Assembly: GCA_030836805.1 (NCBI GenBank)
Contig: JAUPLS010000045.1
Location: forward strand, 1-53,136
Length of the DNA: 53,136 nt
From: Campylobacterota bacterium
GTDB lineage: Bacteria > Campylobacterota > Campylobacteria > Campylobacterales > Sulfurovaceae
Reading direction: 5' to 3'
Of this stretch, positions 1 through 9,851 are shown piece after piece (the stretch's first letter is position 1; every line of letters begins with the position of its first letter). The position numbers and the translations under genes are program-made. The notes beneath the pieces were generated by a model. The model made no database searches, was not told the DNA's origin, and saw only the letters and a list, made by a program, of their open reading frames with translations.

Positions 1-851
1 ACGATGGTTCTTGGCATTCCTTCGCTGAGCGAATACTGGACATACAGATCCGAAGAGACGATAAGATCTACCAGCTCTTTTTGATCGATCCATTCGATCA
101 GACGTACTTTTTGATCCAAGTTGTTTTCATGAATATAGCGCTCATACTCATCTTTTAATTTTCCTCCGCCCACCAGGGTTAGATGAAAATCAGAAAAATT
201 CGCATGGAGGCATCGCATCAGGTTCAAATAATTTTTTTCCCAGACAAACCGTCCGACCGAAATGATTTTAAGCGGGCCCTTTAATGCAAAATCATTTTTT
301 TGTTTGTTGAAAATGGCGAGATTGACACGGTTGGGGATAAGCACGATATTTTCGGTGATCTTGTTTTGGATCAGCTTTTGGGTCATAGCTTCATTGAGAG
401 AACGGATTTTACGGGCATGCCTGAAAGTGTATCGCATCAAAGAGGCACTTATCCTGCCGAAGAAAGATTGGCTTTGAAACAGTCTGAAATACTCTTCGCC
501 GTGTATTTCAACCATCAGCGGGATACGAAAAAATCGGCTCGCCAACGCAGCTGTCACCCCCCCTACGATCGGACACTGGCTTAGAAGATGGGTGATGTTG
601 TATTTTTTAATCAGCCAAAACATCCAAAACGATGTCAAAAAGAAGATTTTGGATCGCTGGGTAAGCCTTGGCACCAGATGAAGGTGGATGTTTCCCTCAT
701 GGGAATAGCTGTAGGCATTGTTTTCGCTTCTTGCCAGGATATGATACTCTTCAAACCCCCCGGCAAGCTCTTGCCATATGTTTTTGGTGTGGTGGTGCCT
801 GCCGTACAGCGGAGGGTAGGCATTGGCGCTGATATGTAAAAGCTTAGCCAT
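1..851 (-). CDS. Glycosyltransferase family 4 protein (3' end runs off the window)
   Basis: Missing from the ORF track because it has no stop in the window. ATG at 851 overlaps the upstream stop; manual translation MAKLLHISANAYPP...KIISVGRFVWEKNY...LVGGG...SDLYVQYSLSEGMPRTI shows GT-B/GT4 motifs. Confidence 0.85.
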   Translation of the reverse strand, partial: MAKLLHISANAYPPLYGRHHHTKNIWQELAGGFEEYHILARSENNAYSYSHEGNIHLHLVPRLTQRSKIFFLTSFWMFWLIKKYNITHLLSQCPIVGGVTAALASRFFRIPLMVEIHGEEYFRLFQSQSFFGRISASLMRYTFRHARKIRSLNEAMTQKLIQNKITENIVLIPNRVNLAIFNKQKNDFALKGPLKIISVGRFVWEKNYLNLMRCLHANFSDFHLTLVGGGKLKDEYERYIHENNLDQKVRLIEWIDQKELVDLIVSSDLYVQYSLSEGMPRTI

Positions 852-2001
852 GAAAAATCTTTTGTATATACATTTTTGCAACATTTTCCGTCGAATAACG
901 CTTCACGCGGTGAAGATTTTCTTCTTTGAGTGCATGGCGCGCGCCGGAGTCGGCTATAAGCTGCCCAAGCTTCTCGGCAAAGCCGTCGCGGTCACGGACA
1001 TCGACCATATACTCACGCTGCTTGGCCCCCAGGATATCTTTGATCCCGCCGGCATCGGTGGTGACGATAGGAAGGCCTGAAGCCATCGCCTCGATCAAAA
1101 CGCGCGGGAACCCTTCCGTAAAGGTGGGGTTGATGAAGATCTCTGCAATTTGGTAATACTTCTGGATGAGGGCATTGGGCTTTTCTCCCATGATACTGAG
1201 GATATCGTCAAGCTTTTTGGCTTTGACCTCATTTTCCAGTGCCTCTTTTTCCGATCCCCCGCCGATAACAATGCACCGGTACCCGTTTTTTCTCAATGCC
1301 TCTGCGCCGGCCTCGATCACATACGGCATATAGTAAAGGCTCTTTCGCACAGGAGACAGACGATGCACAAACAAAATGATTTTTTTGTCATCATCGATAT
1401 CCAGCTCTTTGCGAAGGATTTTTCTTTTCTCCTCGGAGATTTCGGCAAAACGGCCAAGGTCGATATCGTTGTACAAAACCATAAGCCGATCCGGAGCAAC
1501 CTTCACGACATCACGGTAATACTCCGCCATACTTTCAGGCCCGGTGACAAAATGGTCAACAAACGTTTTAGTCAGATAAAAAGGAAGGTCGGATTTCAAA
1601 AACCTTTTCAGATCATGCAGGTTTCTTATTTGGGTATCATTCACCAGATGGGTGGTGCCGCTTTGCCAATAGTACACCTCGCTGCCGAACAATCTGGAAA
1701 CTGCGATTGCCGGCAATGCCGCATTTTGAGAGATCCGGATAAAGATTTTTTTGTAGCCTTGGGCATTGAGCCGCTTCAGTATCCCAAACAGTTCAACCAT
1801 TCTTTTAAGGGGATGGGTTTCTTTCTGGGCAATGATTTGGATCCTGTCGTGATTGAGGCGGGGCAGCTCATCGGCTTTTTCTATGATGAGCACAATCTCC
1901 ACGCCATTGGAGGCGATCTCTTCGAGCAGATGCAGGATATGATAAAAATGGCTGCCCTGGTTTGAAGCGTAGTGGTTGAGGATGTAGATTAGTTTATTCA
2001 T
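844..2001 (-). CDS. Glycosyltransferase family 4 protein
   Basis: 385 aa; FINPTFTEGFPRVLIEAMASGLPIVTTDAGG carries the GT4 E-X7-E signature. Confidence 0.93.
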   Translation of the reverse strand: MNKLIYILNHYASNQGSHFYHILHLLEEIASNGVEIVLIIEKADELPRLNHDRIQIIAQKETHPLKRMVELFGILKRLNAQGYKKIFIRISQNAALPAIAVSRLFGSEVYYWQSGTTHLVNDTQIRNLHDLKRFLKSDLPFYLTKTFVDHFVTGPESMAEYYRDVVKVAPDRLMVLYNDIDLGRFAEISEEKRKILRKELDIDDDKKIILFVHRLSPVRKSLYYMPYVIEAGAEALRKNGYRCIVIGGGSEKEALENEVKAKKLDDILSIMGEKPNALIQKYYQIAEIFINPTFTEGFPRVLIEAMASGLPIVTTDAGGIKDILGAKQREYMVDVRDRDGFAEKLGQLIADSGARHALKEENLHRVKRYSTENVAKMYIQKIFHG

Positions 2002-2549
2002 CGTGTGATCTTTACCTTTTTGTGTCCTAATTTGTTATATACAAACGGTTCTCGTTCTTCAAGAAGCGTTTCAAAACGTTCCCTGTCGCGAAATTTAACC
2101 ACTTTGGCAGGATTTCCAACCGCCACGGCATAATCGGGAATATCTTTTGAAACCACGGCCCCTGCTCCTACCACGGCGCCCGTTCCGATCGTCACGCCGG
2201 GCAAAATGGTCACATCCGAAGCGATCCACACATAGTCCCCGATGACAATCGGCGAACAGATCATTTTATCATCAAAGGGCAGCGCTTCGAGCAGCGGGCC
2301 GTCATAATAATGAGTGCGCGTGTAGAGTGTCACATCGGGAGCGATCACAACACCGTTTCCGATCTCAATACCCCCTGCGCCGTCAAAATTTGCGTTTTTG
2401 CCGATGTATACATTGTCACCCATCCTGATATTTTCTGTATTTTTAAACTGGGAATGTATGGATTTGAAAAAACAATTTGATCCGATATGGGCAAATTTTT
2501 TGTTCCTGTATTTTAAATACGACAAGAAGGCAAGTAAAATTTTACGCAC
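1998..2549 (-). CDS. Hexapeptide-repeat sugar O-acetyltransferase (LacA/Maa-like)
   Basis: IVIGDYVWIASDVTILPGVTIGTGAVVGAGAVVSKDIPDYAVAVGNPAKVVK left-handed beta-helix motif. Confidence 0.9.
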   Translation of the reverse strand: MRKILLAFLSYLKYRNKKFAHIGSNCFFKSIHSQFKNTENIRMGDNVYIGKNANFDGAGGIEIGNGVVIAPDVTLYTRTHYYDGPLLEALPFDDKMICSPIVIGDYVWIASDVTILPGVTIGTGAVVGAGAVVSKDIPDYAVAVGNPAKVVKFRDRERFETLLEEREPFVYNKLGHKKVKITR

Positions 2550-3690
2550 TGAAACGCTCCTGATATTTTTTTAGATAGAGATACGCAATGGTTTCGCTAA
2601 GGGCGTACGCCAAACAGATTGCCAACAGCGGGTCATGGCCCAGCATCAGCATAAAGACTGTGATAAAAATCAAAATAAATAAACTATTGTACCGGTTCAA
2701 GACGCCGGTTTGATAATGCATCAGCAGGCTGTTGCGAATAAAAATAACCCTGGCTGCCGGAAAAACAAAAAGGGAGTAAACAAACAATTCAACCCACGGT
2801 ATCTGAGCGTTTGAACTGTAAAGAAACATTACAGACAGGGAAAAAATACCTCCAAAGCCTATCGTGCCCAACAGTGAGGGTATGTTTTTAGAGAGCGTCT
2901 TGTACTGTAAAAAATTTGCTTTGGACAGCAGCAGAGACTCCAAAATACGAATATTTCCCACCACAAAAGAGGCACATTTTTGAAAAATTGAAAAAATACC
3001 CAAAACACTCGGAGAAACCAATGCGCCGATCATCAAAATCAATCCCGAATCCTTAAGACGCTTGGCAATAATATCCAAATAATACCCCTTAAATGTCCGA
3101 TAGTGCGTTTTCATGTAGGACAGATAGCGCGATAACGAAACGGTCTTCCTATCAGCAGAAGAACGATGGACTATGAAATACAGTGAAATAGTAAAAAAAT
3201 TTGAGATGATATAGATCAAAAAGAGTGTTTGTATCGTCAGTTTTTCAAGCAGCGCCAACACGATCACGATACCGGATGCAGAAAAGAATTTTAAAACAAA
3301 ATAAGCGTGCAGCCGGTTGCCCGCCTGAGAAACGATATCGATATAATTGAGCCAAACGGCGCATAAAGCAAAACAGACAACAAGAAAATACAACAAAGAA
3401 AAATAAAAACCCGCAAAAGCCAAACATACAAAAACAAGCGAGATATAGACATAATGAGAGAACAGCATCTGTCCAAAATGATTATTTTCTTTCTCTTGGA
3501 GATAAATGATTGAAAAATTTGGCGGCAAGAGATAGACGATCAGCGAAATCATCGCAACCAATGCGTTCCAATAGGCAAAAAGCCCGACCAATTCCAGTCC
3601 GGACTTATGGATGATAAGCCAGGTCGAAAAAAAACTCATCAGAGCCGTTAAAGTGTTGATTCCCGCCAGGGATGCGAATTTGGTTAACAC
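2542..3690 (-). CDS. Polytopic membrane protein, probable Wzx-like oligosaccharide flippase
   Basis: 382 aa with about 10-12 hydrophobic segments, inside a polysaccharide operon; flippase function inferred from topology and context. Confidence 0.65.
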   Translation of the reverse strand: MLTKFASLAGINTLTALMSFFSTWLIIHKSGLELVGLFAYWNALVAMISLIVYLLPPNFSIIYLQEKENNHFGQMLFSHYVYISLVFVCLAFAGFYFSLLYFLVVCFALCAVWLNYIDIVSQAGNRLHAYFVLKFFSASGIVIVLALLEKLTIQTLFLIYIISNFFTISLYFIVHRSSADRKTVSLSRYLSYMKTHYRTFKGYYLDIIAKRLKDSGLILMIGALVSPSVLGIFSIFQKCASFVVGNIRILESLLLSKANFLQYKTLSKNIPSLLGTIGFGGIFSLSVMFLYSSNAQIPWVELFVYSLFVFPAARVIFIRNSLLMHYQTGVLNRYNSLFILIFITVFMLMLGHDPLLAICLAYALSETIAYLYLKKYQERFSA

Positions 3691-3709
3691 GGAATACTGT
3701 ATTTGTTCG

Positions 3710-4777
3710 TTATATATTTTTTACATACCACGCGATTGCTTCTTTCATCCCCTGCTCGATCGTATGGGTGGGAGCATAGCCGACAAGCGTTTGCGCCTTG
3801 GCGATGTTGGCATTGGAATGGCGGATATCACCTGCTCTAAAGTCCCTGTATACCGGGCCTTTAGGAATTTTGAATTTTGAATTTTGAATTTTGAACTGCT
3901 CGGAAAGATTGTCAACGATAATCTTGTAAAGCTCATTGAGGGTATTTCGTCCTCCCACAGCCACATTGAATGCTTCACCGAAAGCTTTGGTGTTTTCTGT
4001 TGTGCCGGCAAGAAGGTTCATCTGGATGACATTGTCGATATAGGTAAAATCACGGCTGGTTTCACCGTCCCCATTGATGTAAATCTCTTCATTTGAGAGC
4101 AGCGAACCGACCCATTTGGGGATGACGGCTGCATAGGCGCCGTTGGGGTCCTGGCGTCGGCCAAAGACATTGAAATAGCGCAATCCTATCGTTTCGATCC
4201 CGTAAGTGCGGGCAAAAACCCCTGCATAGAGCTCGTTGGCCATCTTCATGACCGCATAGGGAGAAAGAAGATTGCCCGTGCGCTCTTCGACTTTGGGCAG
4301 TTCGGCCGAATCTCCGTAAACCGAACTGGAACTCGCATAAACAAAACGCTTGATGCCTGCATCTTTTGCCGCGGTAAGCATATTGAGAAAGCCCGTGATG
4401 TTGGAACGGTTGGAAGTGAGGGGATCGGCGATGGAGCGGGGAACTGACCCCAAAGCCGCCTGATGTAAGACGATATCTACGCCTTCACAGGCTTTTTGAC
4501 ACGTTTCAAAATCGGCGATATCCCCATGGATAAAGGTAAAGTTTTTGGCTGCATCTGCCCCGACTGAAGCCAATACATCATCGATATTGTGCTGATATCC
4601 CGTCGAGAAATTATCAAGCCCTACGACTTTTTGGTTATGATTGAGCAGAAACTCTGCCAAATTGGAACCGATAAAGCCGGCATTGCCGGTGACAAGCCAC
4701 GTCTTGGGATCAGATCTTATGGCTTCGCCTATCTGATCTAATTTTGAATTTTTAATTTTTAATTTTGAGTTACTCAT
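3710..4777 (-). CDS. wbpP: UDP-GlcNAc(A) 4-epimerase, SDR family (WbpP/TviC-like)
   Basis: WLVTGNAGFIGSNL, HQAALGSVPRS, SPYAVMK (YxxxK), YFNVFGRRQDPNGAYAAVIPKW. Confidence 0.9.
   Translation of the reverse strand: MSNSKLKIKNSKLDQIGEAIRSDPKTWLVTGNAGFIGSNLAEFLLNHNQKVVGLDNFSTGYQHNIDDVLASVGADAAKNFTFIHGDIADFETCQKACEGVDIVLHQAALGSVPRSIADPLTSNRSNITGFLNMLTAAKDAGIKRFVYASSSSVYGDSAELPKVEERTGNLLSPYAVMKMANELYAGVFARTYGIETIGLRYFNVFGRRQDPNGAYAAVIPKWVGSLLSNEEIYINGDGETSRDFTYIDNVIQMNLLAGTTENTKAFGEAFNVAVGGRNTLNELYKIIVDNLSEQFKIQNSKFKIPKGPVYRDFRAGDIRHSNANIAKAQTLVGYAPTHTIEQGMKEAIAWYVKNI
3865..3895. repeat. Tandem heptamer (GAATTTT)x4 plus GAA inside the epimerase CDS, encoding FKIQNSKFKI
   Basis: Four perfect copies at 3865-3892, read directly from the sequence. 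Confidence 0.95.
4740..4767. repeat. Tandem heptamer (AATTTTK)x4 at the 5' end of the epimerase CDS, encoding SKLKIKNSKL
   Basis: aattttg-aattttt-aattttt-aattttg. Confidence 0.9.
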
Positions 4778-4968
4778 TTTTTCTCGTTCTCCTGAGTAGT
4801 TTTTATGATAGAAGCTAACATTTTGATCAATTCTACATTTTGTTCCAATAGAGATTTGACGTTTTGGCTTTCTCTAGGCAAATAATCTGTTTCAACTAAC
4901 AAATCAAGCCAATATTTTGTTTCTCTTGCCTCTTTGGATGCTATGGACAATTTTGAAATGAAATTATT
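4774..4968 (-). pseudogene. Truncated four-helix-bundle protein gene (23S rRNA IVS protein/Avd-like family), C-terminal half only
   Basis: Manual translation NNFISKLSIASKEARETKYWLDLLVETDYLPRESQNVKSLLEQNVELIKMLASIIKTTQENEKK* matches the family's FxxKLxIAxKEAxETxYWL motif. In-frame TGA at 4969-4971, no ATG; the stop overlaps the wbpP ATG (ATGA). Confidence 0.8.
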
Positions 4969-4983
4969 TCAAAATTCAAAATT
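4968..4983. repeat. Heptamer (TTCAAAA)x2, inverted relative to the 4740-4767 array
   Basis: ttcaaaattcaaaatt lies immediately after the wbpO stop and is the reverse complement of AATTTTGAATTTTGAA. Confidence 0.75.
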
Positions 4984-4984
4984 A

Positions 4985-6241
4985 TTAAAGTCTTCCGTCC
5001 ACTTTTTTGCTGTCAATAAATGATTTGATATCAAACAGTACGCACTTGTCCGTCTTGTGCAGATCAAGAGATCTAAACTGATGGTGCGCCACTGCCAAAA
5101 TAATTGCCTCATAGTTGCCGTATTCGAACGACTCGATCATATCGATGCCGTATTCATGTTTAACCTCGGCTTTGTCTGCCCATGGATCATATACGTCGAC
5201 ATCGACGCCGAACTCCTGAAGTTCATGAATCACATCGATGACGCGGCTGTTGCGGATATCGGGGCAGTTTTCTTTAAACGTGATCCCCAAAACCAGCACT
5301 TTTGATCCTTCGATCCTGTGTCCTTTTTTGATCATCAGTTTGATCACCTGGTTCGCGACATAGATCCCCATATTGTCATTGAGCCGTCGGCCCGCAAGGA
5401 TAATCTCAGGATTGTATCCGATCTCCTGCGCTTTGTGGGTGAGGTAGTAGGGATCGACGCCGATGCAGTGGCCTCCTACAAGCCCCGGACGAAACGGCAG
5501 GAAGTTCCATTTGGTTCCGGCAGCTTCCAATACCGCTTCGGTATCGATACCCAGTTTGTTAAAAATCACCGCCAGTTCATTCACGAACGCGATGTTGATA
5601 TCGCGCTGAGAGTTTTCGATGACCTTTGCCGCTTCAGCGACTTTGATCGTCGGGGCAAGATGGGTTCCCGCAGTGATGATGCTGGCATACAATGCATCCA
5701 CCTTTTGTCCAATCTCAGGGGTGCTGCCGCTGGTAACCTTTTTGATTTTGGTCACGGTGTGCTCTTTGTCTCCGGGATTGATCCGCTCAGGGCTGTAGCC
5801 GCAGAAGAAATCTTTGTTAAATTTCAATCCGCTGCATTTTTCGAGTACCGGAACACACTCCTCCTCCGTACACCCGGGGTAAACGGTAGATTCATAGATG
5901 ACGATATCGTTTTTTTTCAACACTTTTCCGATCGATTCACTCGCTTTGTATAAGGGGGTAAGGTCCGGTTTTTTATGCTTGTCGATCGGGGTCGGTACCG
6001 TAACGATGTAGATGTTGCATTTGGCAATCTCATTGAGGTCGGCAGTAAATTTCATACCGTGCGCAAGCGCCTCTTTGACTTGACCTTCGCTCAGCTCAAG
6101 GGTACGGTCTACACCGCTGTTAAGCTCATCGATACGCCATTGGGCGATATCAAACCCGACCACCTCATATTTTTCGCTAAAGGCATGCGCCAAAGGAAGA
6201 CCGACATAACCAAGTCCGATTACTGCTATCCTATAAGACAT
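4985..6241 (-). CDS. wbpO: UDP-N-acetylhexosamine 6-dehydrogenase (WbpO/TviB-like)
   Basis: [55 protein letters not shown]. Confidence 0.92.
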   Translation of the reverse strand: MSYRIAVIGLGYVGLPLAHAFSEKYEVVGFDIAQWRIDELNSGVDRTLELSEGQVKEALAHGMKFTADLNEIAKCNIYIVTVPTPIDKHKKPDLTPLYKASESIGKVLKKNDIVIYESTVYPGCTEEECVPVLEKCSGLKFNKDFFCGYSPERINPGDKEHTVTKIKKVTSGSTPEIGQKVDALYASIITAGTHLAPTIKVAEAAKVIENSQRDINIAFVNELAVIFNKLGIDTEAVLEAAGTKWNFLPFRPGLVGGHCIGVDPYYLTHKAQEIGYNPEIILAGRRLNDNMGIYVANQVIKLMIKKGHRIEGSKVLVLGITFKENCPDIRNSRVIDVIHELQEFGVDVDVYDPWADKAEVKHEYGIDMIESFEYGNYEAIILAVAHHQFRSLDLHKTDKCVLFDIKSFIDSKKVDGRL

Positions 6242-6343
6242 CTACAATCCTGATATAAAAATTTGGATATTATAGCCAAAGAAACTTTTAGCTAAGAACT
6301 CGCTGACATCCGATTGGTATCAATACCTTACTTTTTATACGGT

Positions 6344-7171
6344 TCAGCCTTGGGAGAGCTTATAAAAGTAGTTGGTTGCTTCGACAAACCCATCGACCCC
6401 CCCACAGTCAAATCTGCGTCCTTTAAATTTGTACGCGATAACCCTGCCTTCTTTGGCTTGTTCAAGAAGTGCATCGGTGATCTGTATCTCTCCGCCTTTG
6501 CCGGGCTTGGTTTTTCTTAGGATGTCAAAGATATCGGGCGTAAGGATATAACGTCCGATGATCGCAAGATTGGAAGGGGCATCCTGCGGATCCGGTTTTT
6601 CCACCATATCACTGACACGGTAGGTGTCCTGTGTTTTGTCGACCAAAGTGCCTGCGATGATACCATACTTGTTGGTCTGATCAAACGGAATCTCTTCGAT
6701 CGCTACAATTGAACACTGGTACTTCTCATATACGGCTATCATCTGCGCAAGTACCCCCTCATGCTCGCAAGTACACAGATCGTCTGCAAGCAGTACGGCA
6801 AAAGGCTCATTGCCTATGAGCGTTTCGCCTGTGAGGATGGCATGGCCCAAACCCTTCATCTCTACCTGTCGTGTATAAGAAAAGGTGCACCGGGAGATCA
6901 AAGACCGGATCTCATCAAGAAGCTGTTCTTTTGAGCCCCCTTTGATCTGATGCTCCAGCTCATAAGAGACATCAAAATGATCCTCAATCGCACGTTTGCC
7001 ACGGCCTGTTACGATCGCCATCGTGTGAATACCCGCCTCCAGCGCCTCTTCGACACCGTACTGGATAAGAGGTTTTGTAAGGATGGGCAGCATCTCCTTG
7101 GGAGTTGCTTTGGTTGCAGGCAAAAACCGCGTACCATAGCCTGCGGCAGGAAAAAGACACTTTTTGATCAA
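6344..7171 (-). CDS. galU: UTP--glucose-1-phosphate uridylyltransferase
   Basis: PAAGYGTRFLPATKATPKEMLPI, GLGHAIL, VEKP, GEIQITDA. Confidence 0.97.
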   Translation of the reverse strand: MIKKCLFPAAGYGTRFLPATKATPKEMLPILTKPLIQYGVEEALEAGIHTMAIVTGRGKRAIEDHFDVSYELEHQIKGGSKEQLLDEIRSLISRCTFSYTRQVEMKGLGHAILTGETLIGNEPFAVLLADDLCTCEHEGVLAQMIAVYEKYQCSIVAIEEIPFDQTNKYGIIAGTLVDKTQDTYRVSDMVEKPDPQDAPSNLAIIGRYILTPDIFDILRKTKPGKGGEIQITDALLEQAKEGRVIAYKFKGRRFDCGGVDGFVEATNYFYKLSQG

Positions 7172-7230
7172 AGGGGATCCTTTTTATTTTAACTGTATTT
7201 TAACAAAACGTAACTAAATGAAATATACGA

Positions 7231-8454
7231 TTATCGCTTGCTTTGCAGTTTTTGTTTTAAAATACTCTTTCCGGCTTCTACACCGGGCTGATCATAGGCG
7301 TTGACATCTATGAGTTTTCCCACAAGCGAAACAAGCAATTCATAATAATAGATCAATGAACCCATCTGGTATTCGTCTGCTTTGGAGATCGTAATGCAGT
7401 CCAAAGGGATGTCCCCCTGTGCTTCCAGCGCCTCGATGGTTGAATCGCACTGAAGGTTAATCAGTGCATTGAAGCTAAGCCCATTGAGACAATTCAGGGT
7501 TTCCAAATGCGGCAAAGCAAGATCAGGAATGGTGAGATTTTCTTCTTCGAAATCCTCTATCTTGATAAAAGTGATAGATTTGTCTCTGGTGCCCTCCATG
7601 ATAAGCTGCAAAAACGAGTGCTGATCCTTGGGCCCTATCAGGCCAATGGGCGTCAAACCGACATGAAAGGCACTATGAAGCTGCCGCTTGCCCAGGCTTT
7701 CGCCCCAGAGCTGAACGTACCATTGGCAAAAATAGGTTAATGTCTCTGAGTAGGCAAAGATACAGTTAATGTGGTACTGCGAATGGTTTTTGGCATAGAA
7801 TGCAGCTTTTTTGAGCAGCACATCAAGAATGTACCCTTTTTCAAAAAAACTCTCTCGGATGAAATTTGCGCCCTCTAAAAGCGAATGGATATCGATCCCG
7901 CACAGCATCAAAGGAAGCAGCCCCACACTCGAAAGAACTGAAAATCTGCCGCCTACATTACAAGGCAGATATACTACTTTGCCTTGAATCTCTTTGGCAT
8001 ACTGCTCCAAAGGCGAGCCCGGGTCGGTGATGAACGTATAGCAGTTTATATCGCTTTGAAGCGTCAGCAGATACTTGTAAATCGCAAATGTCTCCACGGT
8101 CGTGCCCGATTTGGAGATAACAATAAAATGGGTAAGGTCCAGATCCAATGCGCCCAGCATCGAATGAATACTGATAGGATCAGTGCTTTCAAAAAAACAG
8201 AGTTCTCTTGAAAGTGTTTTTCTGGGTTTGATAAATTCATAGACGGCTTTCGCCCCCAACGAGCTTCCGCCGATTCCGATCACCGCAATGTTCTTGATAT
8301 GCCCAGGGATCATCTGGGCATATGCCAACAGCGGCTCAATATCTTGTTCCGGAAGCGCATAGTACCCTATGTTTTCACGTTCTTTTACTATCGATTCAAA
8401 CGCTTTTTTCTGTACTTTAACATCCAAAGATTTAAAATAAAGCCTGTTTTTCAT
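7231..8454 (-). CDS. pgi: Glucose-6-phosphate isomerase
   Basis: GIGGSSLG, SKSGTTVET, GGRFSVLS, QLWGESLGK, DQHS, DQPGVEAGK. Confidence 0.95.
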   Translation of the reverse strand: MKNRLYFKSLDVKVQKKAFESIVKERENIGYYALPEQDIEPLLAYAQMIPGHIKNIAVIGIGGSSLGAKAVYEFIKPRKTLSRELCFFESTDPISIHSMLGALDLDLTHFIVISKSGTTVETFAIYKYLLTLQSDINCYTFITDPGSPLEQYAKEIQGKVVYLPCNVGGRFSVLSSVGLLPLMLCGIDIHSLLEGANFIRESFFEKGYILDVLLKKAAFYAKNHSQYHINCIFAYSETLTYFCQWYVQLWGESLGKRQLHSAFHVGLTPIGLIGPKDQHSFLQLIMEGTRDKSITFIKIEDFEEENLTIPDLALPHLETLNCLNGLSFNALINLQCDSTIEALEAQGDIPLDCITISKADEYQMGSLIYYYELLVSLVGKLIDVNAYDQPGVEAGKSILKQKLQSKR

Positions 8455-8471
8455 AAAAACTCCTTCTTTGC

Positions 8472-9851
8472 CTACCGGGTACTGCGCACCAATCTCTTCG
8501 CTTCTGCTATGAGATCGTTTACTTTTTCTTCATACTCTTTGGCATGGAGCGCGTCTTTGGACTCAAAGCGTGTGACAAGTATCGGGGTGGTGTTGCTGGC
8601 CCTGACCAAGCCCCACCCTTTTTCAAAATTGATGCGCACCCCATCCACCTCAATGATGTCGACAATCGCAGGAAAATCCGCCGGAGGGTTTTTGAGCAGG
8701 ATTTTGATCTCCTCGATCAGCTTGAACTTCTCCTCCTCAGTCGTCTTCACCTTGATCTCTTCGGTAGAAAAAACTTCAGGAAGCGCCTCTATCTCTTTGT
8801 CTATATCGATCCCGTCTTGGATAAGTTCCAGCATCCTCAGCGTAGCATAAACCGCATCATCGTACCCAAAATAACGGTCTTTAAAAAAGATATGTCCGCT
8901 CACTTCGCATGCAAGCTGGGCATTGGCCTCTTTCATTTTGACTTTTAGATTGGAATGTCCTGTTTTATACATGATAGCCGTAGCTCCGCGGCGCTTTAGC
9001 TCATCATACATCACTTGCGAACATTTGACTTCTCCGATGACGGTAGGATTTTCCATCTTCATGGCATAAAGGAGTGCCATCTGGTCACCCTTGATGTTGT
9101 GTTTGCGCGTCAAAACAGCAATCCTGTCTGCATCCCCGTCATAGGCAAAAGCGATATCCCCCTCTTTGGCCAAAAGCGCTTTGATTTCTTTGAGATTTTT
9201 TTCATCCGAAGGATCGGGATGATGGTTCGGAAACATACCGTCCGGTTCGACAAAAATACCTTTGCTGTGCAGCTCTAACCGCTCAAAGATCTCAGGCAGC
9301 ACGATGCCTGCTACTCCATTGCCGCAGTCATAAACGATGCGCTCTTTCATTCCCTTCAGATGAGAAAAATGTGTTACCATATAGTCGATATAGCGCATGA
9401 CCGCATCGATCTTTATCACTTCCCTTGGCACCTTTGGAACGCTTGCGATCATCTCTGCCTCTTTGCCTAAACGATAGATATCCTCTCCAAAAAAAGGTGC
9501 CTGATCGACTGTGATCTTAAATCCGTTATACTCGGGGGGGTTGTGTGAACCCGTGATCATCACAGAGGCCGAAGGCGTGATGCTGTTCCACTCTTGGTAG
9601 TTGGTAAAATAGTTTACCGGCGTAGGGACAATGCCTGTCGAGAGTATCTGTTTGCCTCCTGCATTGAGTCCTGCAGCCAGCCATTCAAAAAGTTGCGGGG
9701 AGTGGGATCTTGCATCATAATCAACTGCCACATAGGTGCCGTTGATTTTGGATGCAAGTACATATCCGATCTTCGTGACACTCTCTTCGTTGAGCTCTTT
9801 TTCGAAAATTCCGCGGATATCATACTCTCTAAATATGGATTGGTTGATCAT
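8472..9851 (-). CDS. pgm: Phosphomannomutase/phosphoglucomutase
   Basis: FREYDIRG, ITGSHNP (phosphoserine loop), DGDADR (metal binding), EVSGH, RASNT. Confidence 0.95.
   Translation of the reverse strand: MINQSIFREYDIRGIFEKELNEESVTKIGYVLASKINGTYVAVDYDARSHSPQLFEWLAAGLNAGGKQILSTGIVPTPVNYFTNYQEWNSITPSASVMITGSHNPPEYNGFKITVDQAPFFGEDIYRLGKEAEMIASVPKVPREVIKIDAVMRYIDYMVTHFSHLKGMKERIVYDCGNGVAGIVLPEIFERLELHSKGIFVEPDGMFPNHHPDPSDEKNLKEIKALLAKEGDIAFAYDGDADRIAVLTRKHNIKGDQMALLYAMKMENPTVIGEVKCSQVMYDELKRRGATAIMYKTGHSNLKVKMKEANAQLACEVSGHIFFKDRYFGYDDAVYATLRMLELIQDGIDIDKEIEALPEVFSTEEIKVKTTEEEKFKLIEEIKILLKNPPADFPAIVDIIEVDGVRINFEKGWGLVRASNTTPILVTRFESKDALHAKEYEEKVNDLIAEAKRLVRSTR

Noticed and set aside
1150-1965. 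271-aa plus-strand ORF
   Set aside because: Antisense shadow of the GT4 gene; no motifs or RBS.
3865-4983. CRISPR array or complete DGR
   Set aside because: Repeats are 7-bp tandem units without spacers; no cas gene, reverse transcriptase or template/variable repeat pair seen.
5318-5953. 211-aa plus-strand ORF
   Set aside because: Antisense shadow of wbpO.
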